Of a stretch of DNA of 64,000 nucleotides, positions 1 through 9,728 are shown piece by piece. The notes beneath the pieces are model-generated. The model saw only the letters and a program-made list of their open reading frames with translations, was not told the origin of the DNA and did no database searches. A program made the position numbers and the translations under genes. Within the stretch, counting starts at the first letter, position 1, and the number at the start of each line of letters is the position of its first letter. Origin of the DNA: a virus; IMG/VR virus record IMGVR_UViG_3300045988_123906. One strand, given 5' to 3'.

Positions 1-2523
1 ATTTTGTTCGTTTCTGTATGCACGATAGGCAGAAAGTTTTCCATTATTATATTTATTTCTTTCATCTTGAGCTGTTTGAATACTTTCTTGACTCTCTTTT
101 ACACTCTTAGAATCTGCATGACGTAACCGAGTATAATCGACTTCTTTATTTGCATAGCGGAATTTTCTGTCAATATACCATTTATCGCTATCTGTATTTG
201 TGTCGTTTAACAGCTTTACGATTTCATCACGATTTGCTCTTAAATTTTCAAGACACTTTTGAATAGTGCTAACTTCAGCTTCAGAGACATCATCAAGCAA
301 GTTCTTTGTCTCAGCGATTTTTTTATTGACTGTTATTAAGTCACTAATCAAACCACGGCGAGATGTAGAAGTTTTTCTATTAGTAGAAGCTGTTTTAGTA
401 GTATCTTTTGGGTTAGAAGATTTTTCGGATGCATCTCGAATAGCATTAGCAATTTCAGCGTTTTTTAGAATCAGATTACCCTTAACATCAATACCGCCTT
501 CTGGTAACTTGATGTTGTCTTTTGTGACAGTTACTTTGCCATTCATCACTATTGGATCAGGTCGCTCAACATCTTTGTCTTCAAGTTTGATGTGACCTTT
601 CAACTCAATAAGCTCTTGCTTTTCAATATCGTTTTGCGATTTCTTCCTTTTGCCTTTCGTCTCGGTATCAGTAGTTGTTGTGACAATTTTACCTTTAACT
701 TCAACCGGGGTCTTTGGAGGAGTTATATCTGCGGCTTCAAGAGTAACATGGCCTTTGATATCTACTGGTGTTTCGGGTGCGACAACATCATCAGCACTCA
801 AAATAACCTTACCATCAATTGCAGCCGGTTCACCAGTGACCGCGATATTGGAGGTATCGATTTTAATAGAATTAGATTTATCGATATAATTGTTTGTCAG
901 TTCAGAAATGCGAGTAAAATCAGCAATTTGATTCTCTAGTGAATGACTTAAATTATCGACTTCCTGCACTACATACTGGAATGCTGGACCGAGTTCAGCT
1001 ATTTCTGATGCATAGCTATCAGTTTTATTAACGATACTTTGCAATGCTTTTTTTGCAGATGTAATTGAATCGACATTTTTTTGCAATTCTTCTGTATTGC
1101 CAAATTGAACAGCATCAGAATTAACTACAACAATACCAGGAATTTGAACCGGATCTTTGACATCAACAGACACATCTGCATCGGTTATAACGACTTTACC
1201 TTGAATAGAAACAGAAGACAACCCTTCTTCGACTCCTGCTGCGCCATCCTTAGAATCTTCTTGCCCTTTGGAATCAGCAGGAATATTTTTTTGACCATTC
1301 GGTAAGACATCAATTAGAGTCTTTAGCTGTTTTACCTTCTCTTCAATATTGTCAACATGTTTATCAACTTCAACAGTAAGGTTGTTTGAAAAATTTTTAG
1401 ACTTACTCTCTAAACCATCCATTGCGGCACTAACTTCACCAATAGATTGAATGATTTTCTTTGTATTCTCATCGAGAACAGATGAATCAATAGGGATGCC
1501 AGCACCAATAGACTCTTGCTCGGATTTTTTTAGCCCATCTATTTCCTTTTTAGAACGATCGATTGATTGTCCGATTAAATCATTAAGATGAGTGAATGTC
1601 GAAGCATAATCTAATAAGTCTTGATAATCTTCCACTGACTTGGAAAAAACAGAATAATCTCCACCTTGACCTCTGAGATTAGAGATATCTTCAAGGCCAC
1701 CTTTTGCATTATCAATAAAATTTTTCAAGATAGAACCTTTGATGTTAAGATTTTTTAATGCACCAGGAGCATTATACAACTCTTCCAATTGAACAATTGC
1801 ATTTTTTATAGAATCATATGTCTTTTCAAAATCTTTGAATGTGTTATTATAAACAGATTCATCCGCTTCGTCCCATGCTTTGGACATCAAAGAAAGAGAG
1901 TTGCTAAGATTGATCAGCGCCTTACTCATTTGATCAATTGAAGTTATATCACTATCTGCTGAAATCTTGCCCGCTTCTTTTAATTTCGGCATTTCGGAAT
2001 AAATATCATTCAACTGTCGATTTAGTGTTTGCGCTTTTTTAATATCCTTTTTTGAGATTTCATTGAAAATACTATCAACCGTTACATCTCGATTTCCACC
2101 ACCAAAAAGTCCATACGTGGCTTTATTAGCAAGTGCAAGATTAGTTTGCATCTCCTTTAGATAATTAGAAAGAGTGCGATTTACACCACGAAGCTGCTCT
2201 TTTAGTTGCTTTGAAAGGTCATTGCCGAATTCTTTAACGTCTAGTTTGACCTTAATTTGTTGAGCGCCATTTTGTGCGGCAGTAATCTCGTCGTTAATCT
2301 GTTGCGTTAAGTTTTTCTTAAGATTTGGTTCGATATCAACACTATAAGGTCCACCTAATCCTTTTTCAATTTCGTCCTGTAAGTTAGATATATCAGGCGT
2401 AATAGGGACAGCAGGTAATTTTTTTATATTGCTGACTTGCGCCCGTACATCTTCTTCAAGTTTCGCCTTATTGATTTGCGGGTCAACCTTAACTTTGATG
2501 CTCAATTCTGGTTCTCTCGCCAT
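1..2523 (-). CDS. tape-measure-like tail protein (C-terminal part runs off the window)
   Basis: ATG 2523-2521 follows a GGAGGA RBS. By-eye translation stays open for all 841 codons to position 1; it is absent from the ORF track because there is no stop in the window. The product is Lys/Asp/Glu/Asn-rich with recurring I/V-x-G-K/H-V/I-x-L repeats. It lies downstream of the tube and chaperone-like genes and is clearly AT-richer than its neighbours. Confidence 0.55.
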   Translation of the reverse strand, partial: MAREPELSIKVKVDPQINKAKLEEDVRAQVSNIKKLPAVPITPDISNLQDEIEKGLGGPYSVDIEPNLKKNLTQQINDEITAAQNGAQQIKVKLDVKEFGNDLSKQLKEQLRGVNRTLSNYLKEMQTNLALANKATYGLFGGGNRDVTVDSIFNEISKKDIKKAQTLNRQLNDIYSEMPKLKEAGKISADSDITSIDQMSKALINLSNSLSLMSKAWDEADESVYNNTFKDFEKTYDSIKNAIVQLEELYNAPGALKNLNIKGSILKNFIDNAKGGLEDISNLRGQGGDYSVFSKSVEDYQDLLDYASTFTHLNDLIGQSIDRSKKEIDGLKKSEQESIGAGIPIDSSVLDENTKKIIQSIGEVSAAMDGLESKSKNFSNNLTVEVDKHVDNIEEKVKQLKTLIDVLPNGQKNIPADSKGQEDSKDGAAGVEEGLSSVSIQGKVVITDADVSVDVKDPVQIPGIVVVNSDAVQFGNTEELQKNVDSITSAKKALQSIVNKTDSYASEIAELGPAFQYVVQEVDNLSHSLENQIADFTRISELTNNYIDKSNSIKIDTSNIAVTGEPAAIDGKVILSADDVVAPETPVDIKGHVTLEAADITPPKTPVEVKGKIVTTTTDTETKGKRKKSQNDIEKQELIELKGHIKLEDKDVERPDPIVMNGKVTVTKDNIKLPEGGIDVKGNLILKNAEIANAIRDASEKSSNPKDTTKTASTNRKTSTSRRGLISDLITVNKKIAETKNLLDDVSEAEVSTIQKCLENLRANRDEIVKLLNDTNTDSDKWYIDRKFRYANKEVDYTRLRHADSKSVKESQESIQTAQDERNKYNNGKLSAYRAYRNEQN

Positions 2524-2601
2524 GTTTTATTCCTCCTTCTGGAGCAACCAATCTCCGAATCTAAAAAAAGCAGGCTTTAATAAGTCTGCTCATCTTTTTG
2601 A

Positions 2602-3075
2602 TTATTTTGTATTGTCGTGATTGATCCGCTGCTCGACCATATTTACGATATCTTTATTGTGTTTATTGATATCTTTCTGAGTATTCGTCATAAACGGACG
2701 CGGTTTCATCCACCTATAGCGCTTGTGTGTCCATGGATTTCGTATGTTGTCACTTTCAAGCAAGCGGGGGAGTCCATCTGGATTATGATATTCTTTATGG
2801 TTTGCAAGGCGAGGACCTTCAACTTGAGTTTCATTATACACGGTCAAAACGCGACCATGTACAACATCTCTGATATTTGAATCATCCAATAATCCGCCAT
2901 TGGTTTCACGACGTTCATATTCAACAGGGGAATAGGTTGCATAAACATCTTGCTCTACATGAGATTTCATCTTATCTTCCACATAATCTTTAACCTCATT
3001 TTTCAGAGCTTTATTTGCCCGTTTCATAATTTCTCGCTGAAGCCCCTCAACGGTATTGAATGATTTCTTCCCCAT
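2602..3075 (-). CDS. hypothetical protein (tail module)
   Basis: 157-aa ORF with a TAA stop, tightly packed upstream of the tape-measure-like gene. No recognisable motif. Confidence 0.6.
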   Translation of the reverse strand: MGKKSFNTVEGLQREIMKRANKALKNEVKDYVEDKMKSHVEQDVYATYSPVEYERRETNGGLLDDSNIRDVVHGRVLTVYNETQVEGPRLANHKEYHNPDGLPRLLESDNIRNPWTHKRYRWMKPRPFMTNTQKDINKHNKDIVNMVEQRINHDNTK

Positions 3076-3078
3076 AGT

Positions 3079-3627
3079 TTACTCCTTGCTTTCAGCGACT
3101 GCAGAAATAAGCTCTGCCGTATCAATTGAATGGGCACCATCGAGCATTCCTTCAGGAGTTTTAACACTATAGTTATCTTTCTCTACCGGTTTCTTCAGAT
3201 TTTCTTCAGCGATTTTTTCAATCATTTTGTTCATGTCGAACTGATCACCAATGCCGCTCAGTACCTCGGCGGCCAACTGCATCAACTGCTCAAATGGCTG
3301 ATTCTTTGCAGCAGCTTCAAATGCGGCCATATACTGCTGGCGGGCAATCTCGATTTTTTCGCGGCAAGCCTTGTTCAGTGTAGTCAGAATATACTTGCGC
3401 GGAGCCTCGTTCATCAACTTGGTCGTTTCATCAGAGAAAGCCAGTTCACTCATCTGGTCCTGGTCCATCTCACTGGTTTCCAGACCAGTAAACATGATCA
3501 GTGTTGTAATTCGGAAAGCGTAGTCATACAGCGCCGGCTCGTAACGGCCATCGCGCTCAGATAGGCTTACCACGCTGTCAACAAACAAAATTCGTTCAGC
3601 TAAAGTCAGATTATTCTTTGCATCCAT
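3079..3627 (-). CDS. hypothetical acidic protein, possible tail assembly chaperone (position only)
   Basis: 182-aa ORF with a TAA stop. Its size, acidity and position between tube and tape measure fit a chaperone, but no motif proves it. Confidence 0.5.
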   Translation of the reverse strand: MDAKNNLTLAERILFVDSVVSLSERDGRYEPALYDYAFRITTLIMFTGLETSEMDQDQMSELAFSDETTKLMNEAPRKYILTTLNKACREKIEIARQQYMAAFEAAAKNQPFEQLMQLAAEVLSGIGDQFDMNKMIEKIAEENLKKPVEKDNYSVKTPEGMLDGAHSIDTAELISAVAESKE

Positions 3628-3632
3628 AAGTA

Positions 3633-4160
3633 TTAGTCCTCCTGATTTAATTTATTGTTTTCAAGCTCCATCTTTACAGCAGTCGCAATGCACATCGCGT
3701 CAGCTTCATCAGACGAAACATCTTCTCCATAATAGGTTTTCACATAGTCGATGGCCTGCTGTTTTAATTCTGCGCGCTTTACTCGACCCTGTTTAAATCC
3801 TAATATCTTTCGCCACTCGGATGGCTTAATGATCTCATAGGGAATATTGTTTAGCTCACATACCCCCATAATCGCTCCTTGCAGTTGCGCCAGCTGGATC
3901 AATGTTTTTGGCGAGCTTTGCAGTGCAACATCTTCGATCACTACAAGGTCTGGACGATTGTTCTTGATACGGCTCTGGATCATCTGGCGCATCATTGTTG
4001 AGCGTTCCAAGACATCCTTGGTTTTACTCAGGTCGATCAGCGAGTGGTAAACAGTGTCGCCATCAATGGTACAGACACCCGTCTTGCCGAGAGCCTGGTC
4101 AAAAGCAATGATTTTTATAATAAACACTTCCTTTTTCTTTCTGGATGTGGTAAAATTCAA
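3633..4160 (-). CDS. RuvC-like Holliday junction resolvase
   Basis: The RuvC acidic residue pattern is present: IIAFDQALGKTG (N-terminal Asp), LVVIEDVALQ (Glu) and SSDEADAMCIATA (C-terminal Asp pair). Size is about 170 aa. The exact start is uncertain (TTG in the track). Confidence 0.7.
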   Translation of the reverse strand: MNFTTSRKKKEVFIIKIIAFDQALGKTGVCTIDGDTVYHSLIDLSKTKDVLERSTMMRQMIQSRIKNNRPDLVVIEDVALQSSPKTLIQLAQLQGAIMGVCELNNIPYEIIKPSEWRKILGFKQGRVKRAELKQQAIDYVKTYYGEDVSSDEADAMCIATAVKMELENNKLNQED

Positions 4161-4267
4161 ATTTGAAGAACACCTGCGTATCCCTTTTGGGAATTATTAA
4201 AACGGCGAGAATTAGTAGGGGCTTCCCGAAGTCCAGTAGAGAGACTGCTGGCAGAAAGGAGGCCCAT

Positions 4268-4369
4268 ATGATGATTGACTTCGACACCATGTCTAAGTTC
4301 GTTCAATTCGTAGCTGCTTTGGTGACTATCGCCAAGTTTGCTATGGAAGTAAGCCAGCCCCGGGCATAA
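4268..4369 (+). CDS. candidate 33-aa hydrophobic peptide on the opposite strand
   Basis: AAAGGAGG RBS 5 nt before ATGATG. Product is MMIDFDTMSKFVQFVAALVTIAKFAMEVSQPRA. A CCCCG/CGGGG hairpin spans the stop codon. It lies in a 390-nt gap inside the tail module. Confidence 0.35.
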   Translation: MMIDFDTMSKFVQFVAALVTIAKFAMEVSQPRA

Positions 4370-4500
4370 GCGGGGCCAATTGTCCGATTATTCACTGAAG
4401 CTCCTATGCAAATTAGAGAGCGGAAAGTCGCAACGTGGGTGTTCTTCTTATTTGTGAGTTTCCTCATATCAACGCGCAATTGCAATAATTGTGCGCTCAT

Positions 4501-4530
4501 AAAAGGGGCAGAGCCCCGAAAGACTCTGCC
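4501..4530 (-). terminator. rho-independent terminator after the tube gene
   Basis: 7-bp stem GGCAGAG/CTCTGCC (4507-4513 / 4524-4530), followed on the minus strand by CCTTTT. Confidence 0.6.
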
Positions 4531-4548
4531 TCGTGTAAATGCTATGTA

Positions 4549-5286
4549 TCAGCCCTCGTTAGGGAAGATCAAAGAGAACATGTCGCCATTCTCGTCGGCC
4601 AGAACATCGAAGGTCATGGTCAGAGAAACGGGATCGCCGGTGTTCTGCCAGGACAGCTCGAAGCCGGCCTGAGGAGCAGCCTTGTACCAGATGGGATGTG
4701 CCTCGATGATGTCGTCGCTCTCAGTCTTGTAGGGAATGGAACCCTCGACACGATAAGCCTTGGGGAAGTGACGGCTATCCAGGTGCACAACCTGAGCGGC
4801 TGCCTGCTTTGCGTAGTAATAAACAATGTAAGCAGTATTCTCAGTTGCTTCAGCAACGGTAACCTCAGTGCCGCCCTCAGTAACAGTAGCGGTGACCTCG
4901 GTGCCCAGATCGTCATCAGCCTTAAAGACCTGAATGGCGGTGGTGCCAGCAGCAGTAGAAATGGTCAGCTTACCAGCCTCGGTGCAGGTGACCTTCTCGC
5001 GCTTCAAGAAGTTTGCGGTGGTGCCCAGGTCGTTGCCAGACAGCATCTGGAAGACCTTGACGGGGTAAACCTGTGCCTCGATGGTCAGAGTGCCGGTACG
5101 AGAGCCGTCAAACTGCACGCGGTTAGGTGCGCCCTGGCCGCCGGTTGCGAACACGCGGTCACCCTCAAAAGAGGTAGAAGTGACGTTAGCCCAGTCAACA
5201 TTCAGGAACAGCTTCTTGGTGGAGTAGTCGACCAGCATCAGATCGGCGACCTCGCGGTTGGCGAAATTTGCATTCTTGTTAGCCAT
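4549..5286 (-). CDS. major tail (tube) protein
   Basis: 245-aa ORF with strong GC3 codon bias like the capsid gene and its own terminator. It sits after the head-tail joining genes. The sequence character fits tail tube proteins, but no diagnostic motif was seen. Confidence 0.55.
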   Translation of the reverse strand: MANKNANFANREVADLMLVDYSTKKLFLNVDWANVTSTSFEGDRVFATGGQGAPNRVQFDGSRTGTLTIEAQVYPVKVFQMLSGNDLGTTANFLKREKVTCTEAGKLTISTAAGTTAIQVFKADDDLGTEVTATVTEGGTEVTVAEATENTAYIVYYYAKQAAAQVVHLDSRHFPKAYRVEGSIPYKTESDDIIEAHPIWYKAAPQAGFELSWQNTGDPVSLTMTFDVLADENGDMFSLIFPNEG

Positions 5287-5291
5287 AATTG

Positions 5292-6092
5292 TTATCCTCC
5301 TATAGTTTCGTTTTCTTTGTCAATTCGCTCTATCCATTTTGACGGATCGTATTTTCCGCCCCAAACGGAATAGTTCATTTCGGCGATGTTTAGTTGTTTT
5401 GCGCGTAATAGCTGGGAGAACGTATCTCGTATCTGCCCAACTGTCAGCTCAAAGATGTTTGAATAATTCAAACTTGGATGAAAAGTGCATAAAAGAGAAA
5501 TCATGTTCGGCAGCTCGAAATTCGGGTCTGCCTTTTTTGTTTGTTTGAACTTTTTCTTCTTCTTTTGGAACTTCTCATAAAACAAGCGATCTTTTTCGGT
5601 CTTGAATTTTGGAGCTTCTTCAGGGATGTCGCTTTCGTCGATATCAACCATCTGCAAGCAAATCTTTGTTACGGTTGAATAGTTGTTTCTGTCGATATAG
5701 CCACCGATAGAAAATCCTTTTTTGCCGTTATTTTCTTTGTCGATAAAAATTGCTCGATGCTGCTCGTCCCACTCCAATTCCCCAGAAACAAAAAGACCCA
5801 GGGCCGAAATTAGTTCAGCCCTGGATTCATCTGTCGATGTAAGAATATCAAACATCGCAATATTTGCTTTTTGCTCACTTGTCATTTGCTCCCAGATATC
5901 TGGCATTTTCATCATAGTTGCCGCATCGTGGTAGTATTTTTCTGGGGTATATAAAAATAATGTCAGTGCGTATTGATACTGGGTGTATCCTATCTTCAAA
6001 ATGTCTTTCAGAAAAGGGGAGTGGATTCGCCCAACATCTTTTAGCTGCACGCCATATGGGCTCAGATGATCAAGGTACGATATTTTTCTCAT
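5292..6092 (-). CDS. hypothetical protein (neck/tail module)
   Basis: 266-aa ORF. Its ATG overlaps the upstream TGA (TGATG), and an AGGAGG RBS lies inside the upstream gene. Confidence 0.6.
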   Translation of the reverse strand: MRKISYLDHLSPYGVQLKDVGRIHSPFLKDILKIGYTQYQYALTLFLYTPEKYYHDAATMMKMPDIWEQMTSEQKANIAMFDILTSTDESRAELISALGLFVSGELEWDEQHRAIFIDKENNGKKGFSIGGYIDRNNYSTVTKICLQMVDIDESDIPEEAPKFKTEKDRLFYEKFQKKKKKFKQTKKADPNFELPNMISLLCTFHPSLNYSNIFELTVGQIRDTFSQLLRAKQLNIAEMNYSVWGGKYDPSKWIERIDKENETIGG

Positions 6093-6589
6093 CAGCGAGC
6101 CCTCCTAAAAGAGCCAACCTGATAAACAAGTATTCGTCCGTAATAGCATTGCGCTGGCTTATAGATGCTGCTTCCAGCCTATTCAAGCGGTCCAATTCCA
6201 AATTCTTTGTTTCCATTCAGAAGCTTATCAATATCACTGGCCAAAATATCAATGCGTGTCCCAGCCTGTCCTTTCCGATGATATGTCTGCATAAGGTTTT
6301 TACTGCAATATGCAAATACGTAAATGGTCATCATCGTAATAGAATCACCGCTGGTTTGTTCTGGCACGACCTCAACACACAAAAACGTTTTTGAGTTTTC
6401 CTGCGTATCTGGAACATACTCATACTTAAACACGCATCCACCTTCACCCGACCCATTCTTACCAAGCAGAAGAGTTTCGGGATCGTCGATATTATCTGTA
6501 TTGCCCAATAGGACATCAAGGACATTTTCGTCATTGATCAACTTGGAAACGACCCGATTTTTGAATACCCCGATCTCATCGAGATTCAT
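6092..6589 (-). CDS. structural-module protein with in-frame TAG (6179-6181)
   Basis: The track ORF 6179..6589 ends at TAG. The same frame continues 28 codons to a TGA (6092-6094) that overlaps the next ATG by 1 nt. Confidence 0.6.
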
Positions 6590-6590
6590 A

Positions 6591-7631
6591 TCAGATCACC
6601 TCCAATTCGATTTTTTCGGTAAGGCCGGCTGCTTTAACCGTCAGTACCACGACTTGTCCAATCAACTTAGAATCATCCACACAAGTGATCTTGCACTTTG
6701 CACCGGTCGTAGTCGTATTACCGCCTTTGAAACATACTCCCGCAGGAGTACAATCACCGGTAAGCGTCCATTCTGCGCCGTCGTACACTTCGCCATCGAT
6801 TTTTGCAGTAAACAGCTTGCCAAATCCGCCCGTTGGGATGGATGGTTCGCCCGTATACTCTATCGAAAGCACTCTGTCGTCTACGGTGTTATCGTCAGGA
6901 TAGGTGATTTCCACGTTATCGGAAGCATCTTCAGGCACATAATTGCAGATCATTTTCTCTACATTGTCTGTTTCTGCGTTGTAAAGATCCTGTTCAACGT
7001 TAAACGAGAGGAACCCGATCTGGTCATTATCATAGTCAATTCGGCCAGTCATCTGGTCAATCGACGTGATTCGATAGGTCTTTGGTTCTCCATTGACGAT
7101 CTCCAACATCAGCCGTTTTCCAATGTTCAGACGGGCAGAATACTCGTCGAACGGGGTTTGAATGCGGAATTCACGGGTTGAATAACTCATTACCTTATTC
7201 TCACTCAGGTTGGAGTAATACGGCTTTTCCACAGTTGCCCATAGAGATACGATCTTTTTTGTCTGGTCATCCTGCCACACGATTTGTTTCTGGCAGATCT
7301 GAATGCGGCCGCGCACGGTAATCTCATCGTCTGCATCACGTTCTGTAATCAGCCAGTGGCTCTTACCCCAGTACATAATGCTGCCGATCTCAAAATCCTC
7401 ACCAGGTCTTGTGCGGAATATTTTCTGGTTTGTAACAGTAGATGATATAATATTTACCCAGCGGGGTACGTCATCTATCGTTACTTCTTTATAAGAAGGA
7501 TTGACTGGCGCTAAAAAGCGCGTATCATGGAGTGCCTTATTGATCACCCTGTCGCGCTGTGTCTCTCCATCCTGTTTCAGCATGGCTCTATATTGAGATC
7601 TTGTCATATCCCACCGCCTTACTGTGTCCAT
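6591..7631 (-). CDS. neck/head-completion-type protein with a C-terminal Ig-like region
   Basis: 346-aa ORF in the head-tail joining position. The last ~90 aa (GEVYDGAEWTLTGD...KITCVDDSKLIGQVVVLTVKAAG) look like a Big_2-type Ig domain. Confidence 0.45.
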   Translation of the reverse strand: MDTVRRWDMTRSQYRAMLKQDGETQRDRVINKALHDTRFLAPVNPSYKEVTIDDVPRWVNIISSTVTNQKIFRTRPGEDFEIGSIMYWGKSHWLITERDADDEITVRGRIQICQKQIVWQDDQTKKIVSLWATVEKPYYSNLSENKVMSYSTREFRIQTPFDEYSARLNIGKRLMLEIVNGEPKTYRITSIDQMTGRIDYDNDQIGFLSFNVEQDLYNAETDNVEKMICNYVPEDASDNVEITYPDDNTVDDRVLSIEYTGEPSIPTGGFGKLFTAKIDGEVYDGAEWTLTGDCTPAGVCFKGGNTTTTGAKCKITCVDDSKLIGQVVVLTVKAAGLTEKIELEVI

Positions 7632-8053
7632 TCAGAAACACTGTTTGACTTAAAGGAATACAAGTTCATCTCAGCAGTCAATTTACGCTGCGACTGCGCC
7701 AAAAGGTCTTTCATCTGCTCCAGTAGCTTAGCAGGGGAGAAGAAAGAAAAGTCCTTGGTGCTCATAGCGTTCTTCAAAGCGTCAGAGTTGTAAACATACG
7801 GCTCCAGCCAATGCACAATCATGCTCAACGCCAGAATACTCTGTTCCTTGCGGGTCAGAGTAACATTGAACTGCTGCAGCTCATCATCATAGTCAGTCAG
7901 GTCTTGCACGCAAATGTCAGCAAAATCATCAATGGCGGCCTGAAGCAAGTCGCTCTCTGCATCTGCAAACATCTCGTCAGTATATCCTTCCTTGTCATAA
8001 TCTCGAATGCGCCCACGACAGCGGGCATAGATACTTTCAAAAGTGGTTGCCAT
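7619..8053 (-). CDS. head-tail connector/adaptor-like protein
   Basis: 144-aa acidic ORF, two genes after the capsid gene. Call rests on size and position only. Confidence 0.45.
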   Translation of the reverse strand: MATTFESIYARCRGRIRDYDKEGYTDEMFADAESDLLQAAIDDFADICVQDLTDYDDELQQFNVTLTRKEQSILALSMIVHWLEPYVYNSDALKNAMSTKDFSFFSPAKLLEQMKDLLAQSQRKLTAEMNLYSFKSNSVSEWTQ

Positions 8054-8070
8054 GACCCGCCTCCTTTACA

Positions 8071-8586
8071 TCAAATTGTGTCTTCCAACTCAACAGACAG
8101 GGAGTCCTCCAGCGCCTTAATCGCACTGCGGCTGTCCAGCTCACCGGTTTCGATCTTTTTCTTAGCCTCAGATGCAATCGCATCCTTGGTGCCGCCCGGC
8201 AGTGTCGGGACGATCTTCTTAATCTCATCGGCGGGCATTGTAAACACGTCATTGAAGTTGTCGGTGGTCAGACTATTTTTGTAATAGCGCTCAACGCCAA
8301 GCTTCTTGATAATGGCGGGATCATCGATCAAAATCCAATTTTCCTCAAAGAACCGGCGCTGATTACCGCGCATAGAAACCAGCTCGCGATACTCCATTTC
8401 CTGAACATCGCCAAAAGCCTCCCACTCAACGGTATAGCCTGGATTCAAGGTGGACTTATAGATTAGATTACCAGCTGTGCCATTGCGGCACTCCACCATG
8501 GTCTCGTTTGTAATTTCGACTACGGGCTCGGTCGCTACTGGAGCAGCAGCTTTCGCGGCTGTAGTCTTAGTTGTACGTCTTGCCAT
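8071..8586 (-). CDS. hypothetical head-module protein
   Basis: 171-aa ORF with an Ala/Thr-rich N-terminus, immediately downstream of the capsid gene terminator. Confidence 0.6.
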   Translation of the reverse strand: MARRTTKTTAAKAAAPVATEPVVEITNETMVECRNGTAGNLIYKSTLNPGYTVEWEAFGDVQEMEYRELVSMRGNQRRFFEENWILIDDPAIIKKLGVERYYKNSLTTDNFNDVFTMPADEIKKIVPTLPGGTKDAIASEAKKKIETGELDSRSAIKALEDSLSVELEDTI

Positions 8587-8602
8587 TCGTTCCTCCTATT
8601 TA

Positions 8603-8636
8603 ATAAAAGAAGCGGCAGGGTTGTTGCCCCACCGCT
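8603..8636 (-). terminator. terminator after the major capsid gene
   Basis: Hairpin at 8611-8636 (AGCGG..GGG / CCC..CCGCT), followed on the minus strand by TCTTTTAT. Confidence 0.5.
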
Positions 8637-8655
8637 ATTCAACTCAAATTATCGA

Positions 8656-9651
8656 TCAGGCCATCTTATATGCGCCGAAGTCACGATCAAACACAATGGC
8701 AATGCCGGTGCGCTTCATCATCAGGAACTCCTGGCTCATATCGGCGTTGTTCATCGAGGTGCCCATCAGCATAGTGACATCACCCTCGGTAACGCGCTTA
8801 ATGGGCTTGGTGTCGCCAGCAAACACGTACAGGGTCTTGTCATCCAGGATGAAATCGGTGGTGCCGGTGGCGTGACGCTGCTTCACAGCAATCAGCTCAG
8901 TACCATTGAAGCGGCCAAAGTGACCCATTGCGTACATATCTTCCTTGGCGGAATCAGACACAACGGCAGTCTTGATCTGACGCAGAGCCTTACGGGTGCC
9001 AACAATCACAGCGGTCTCGCCAGTAGAAGCCTCAACGTGCTCGATCAGGTCCAGCAGCTTGTCCTCGTCAAAAGAGCCGGTCTCAATGTAGGGAGCATTC
9101 AGCTTGCTGAACATGCCAACGAATGCAGCATATGCAGAATCCAGCTCATCCTTGGTGAAGGACTTGGAAACGATATCAACAAACTTGTTAAAGTCGATAC
9201 GGCCAGCCAGAACACGGTTCAGCTCCTCGTAGATCTTAATAGCGTGCAGCTGAGTATTGACGGTGATGTCAGTACCAGCTTCCAGACGCTGACGGCGCAC
9301 GCCCTGAGTACCCTCGGCGATATCGGCAACAGCAAACAGGCACTCGCGCTCGATGTGGAACTTGGGAGTGTCGCCCAGAGCCAGGTTGCGATCCTCGACC
9401 ATGTTCATAAAGAACTCGTCGCCCTTCAGACCTTCCTCAGAAATAACATTGACCAGCTCCTCAACAATAGCGAACACCTTGGAGCAGCTGCCATCACGCA
9501 GAGCCTTAATGTCCAGCTTGGTGGAACCGCCATTTGCCTCAACCAGAGCCTTGCGCAGAGCCTCCTGGGTGTCGTTCACAGAATAATCACCAGCAACGTG
9601 GCCCTTGTAGCCATCGAGAGCCAGCTTGACCAGATTAGAATCAATAGCCAT
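8656..9651 (-). CDS. major capsid protein (HK97-fold type)
   Basis: 331-aa ORF with very strong codon bias, flanked by terminators. It follows the portal, protease/scaffold and 170-aa genes in order. Confidence 0.7.
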   Translation of the reverse strand: MAIDSNLVKLALDGYKGHVAGDYSVNDTQEALRKALVEANGGSTKLDIKALRDGSCSKVFAIVEELVNVISEEGLKGDEFFMNMVEDRNLALGDTPKFHIERECLFAVADIAEGTQGVRRQRLEAGTDITVNTQLHAIKIYEELNRVLAGRIDFNKFVDIVSKSFTKDELDSAYAAFVGMFSKLNAPYIETGSFDEDKLLDLIEHVEASTGETAVIVGTRKALRQIKTAVVSDSAKEDMYAMGHFGRFNGTELIAVKQRHATGTTDFILDDKTLYVFAGDTKPIKRVTEGDVTMLMGTSMNNADMSQEFLMMKRTGIAIVFDRDFGAYKMA

Positions 9652-9670
9652 GGTATAAACCTCCTATAAT

Positions 9671-9700
9671 AAAAATGGCCGCCCGCTTTAAACGGACGGC
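9671..9700 (-). terminator. rho-independent terminator
   Basis: Stem GCCGCCCG/CGGACGGC (9678-9685 / 9693-9700), followed on the minus strand by CATTTTT. Confidence 0.6.
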
Positions 9701-9728
9701 TTTATGTTGATTTCTTAAAACTTCGGAA

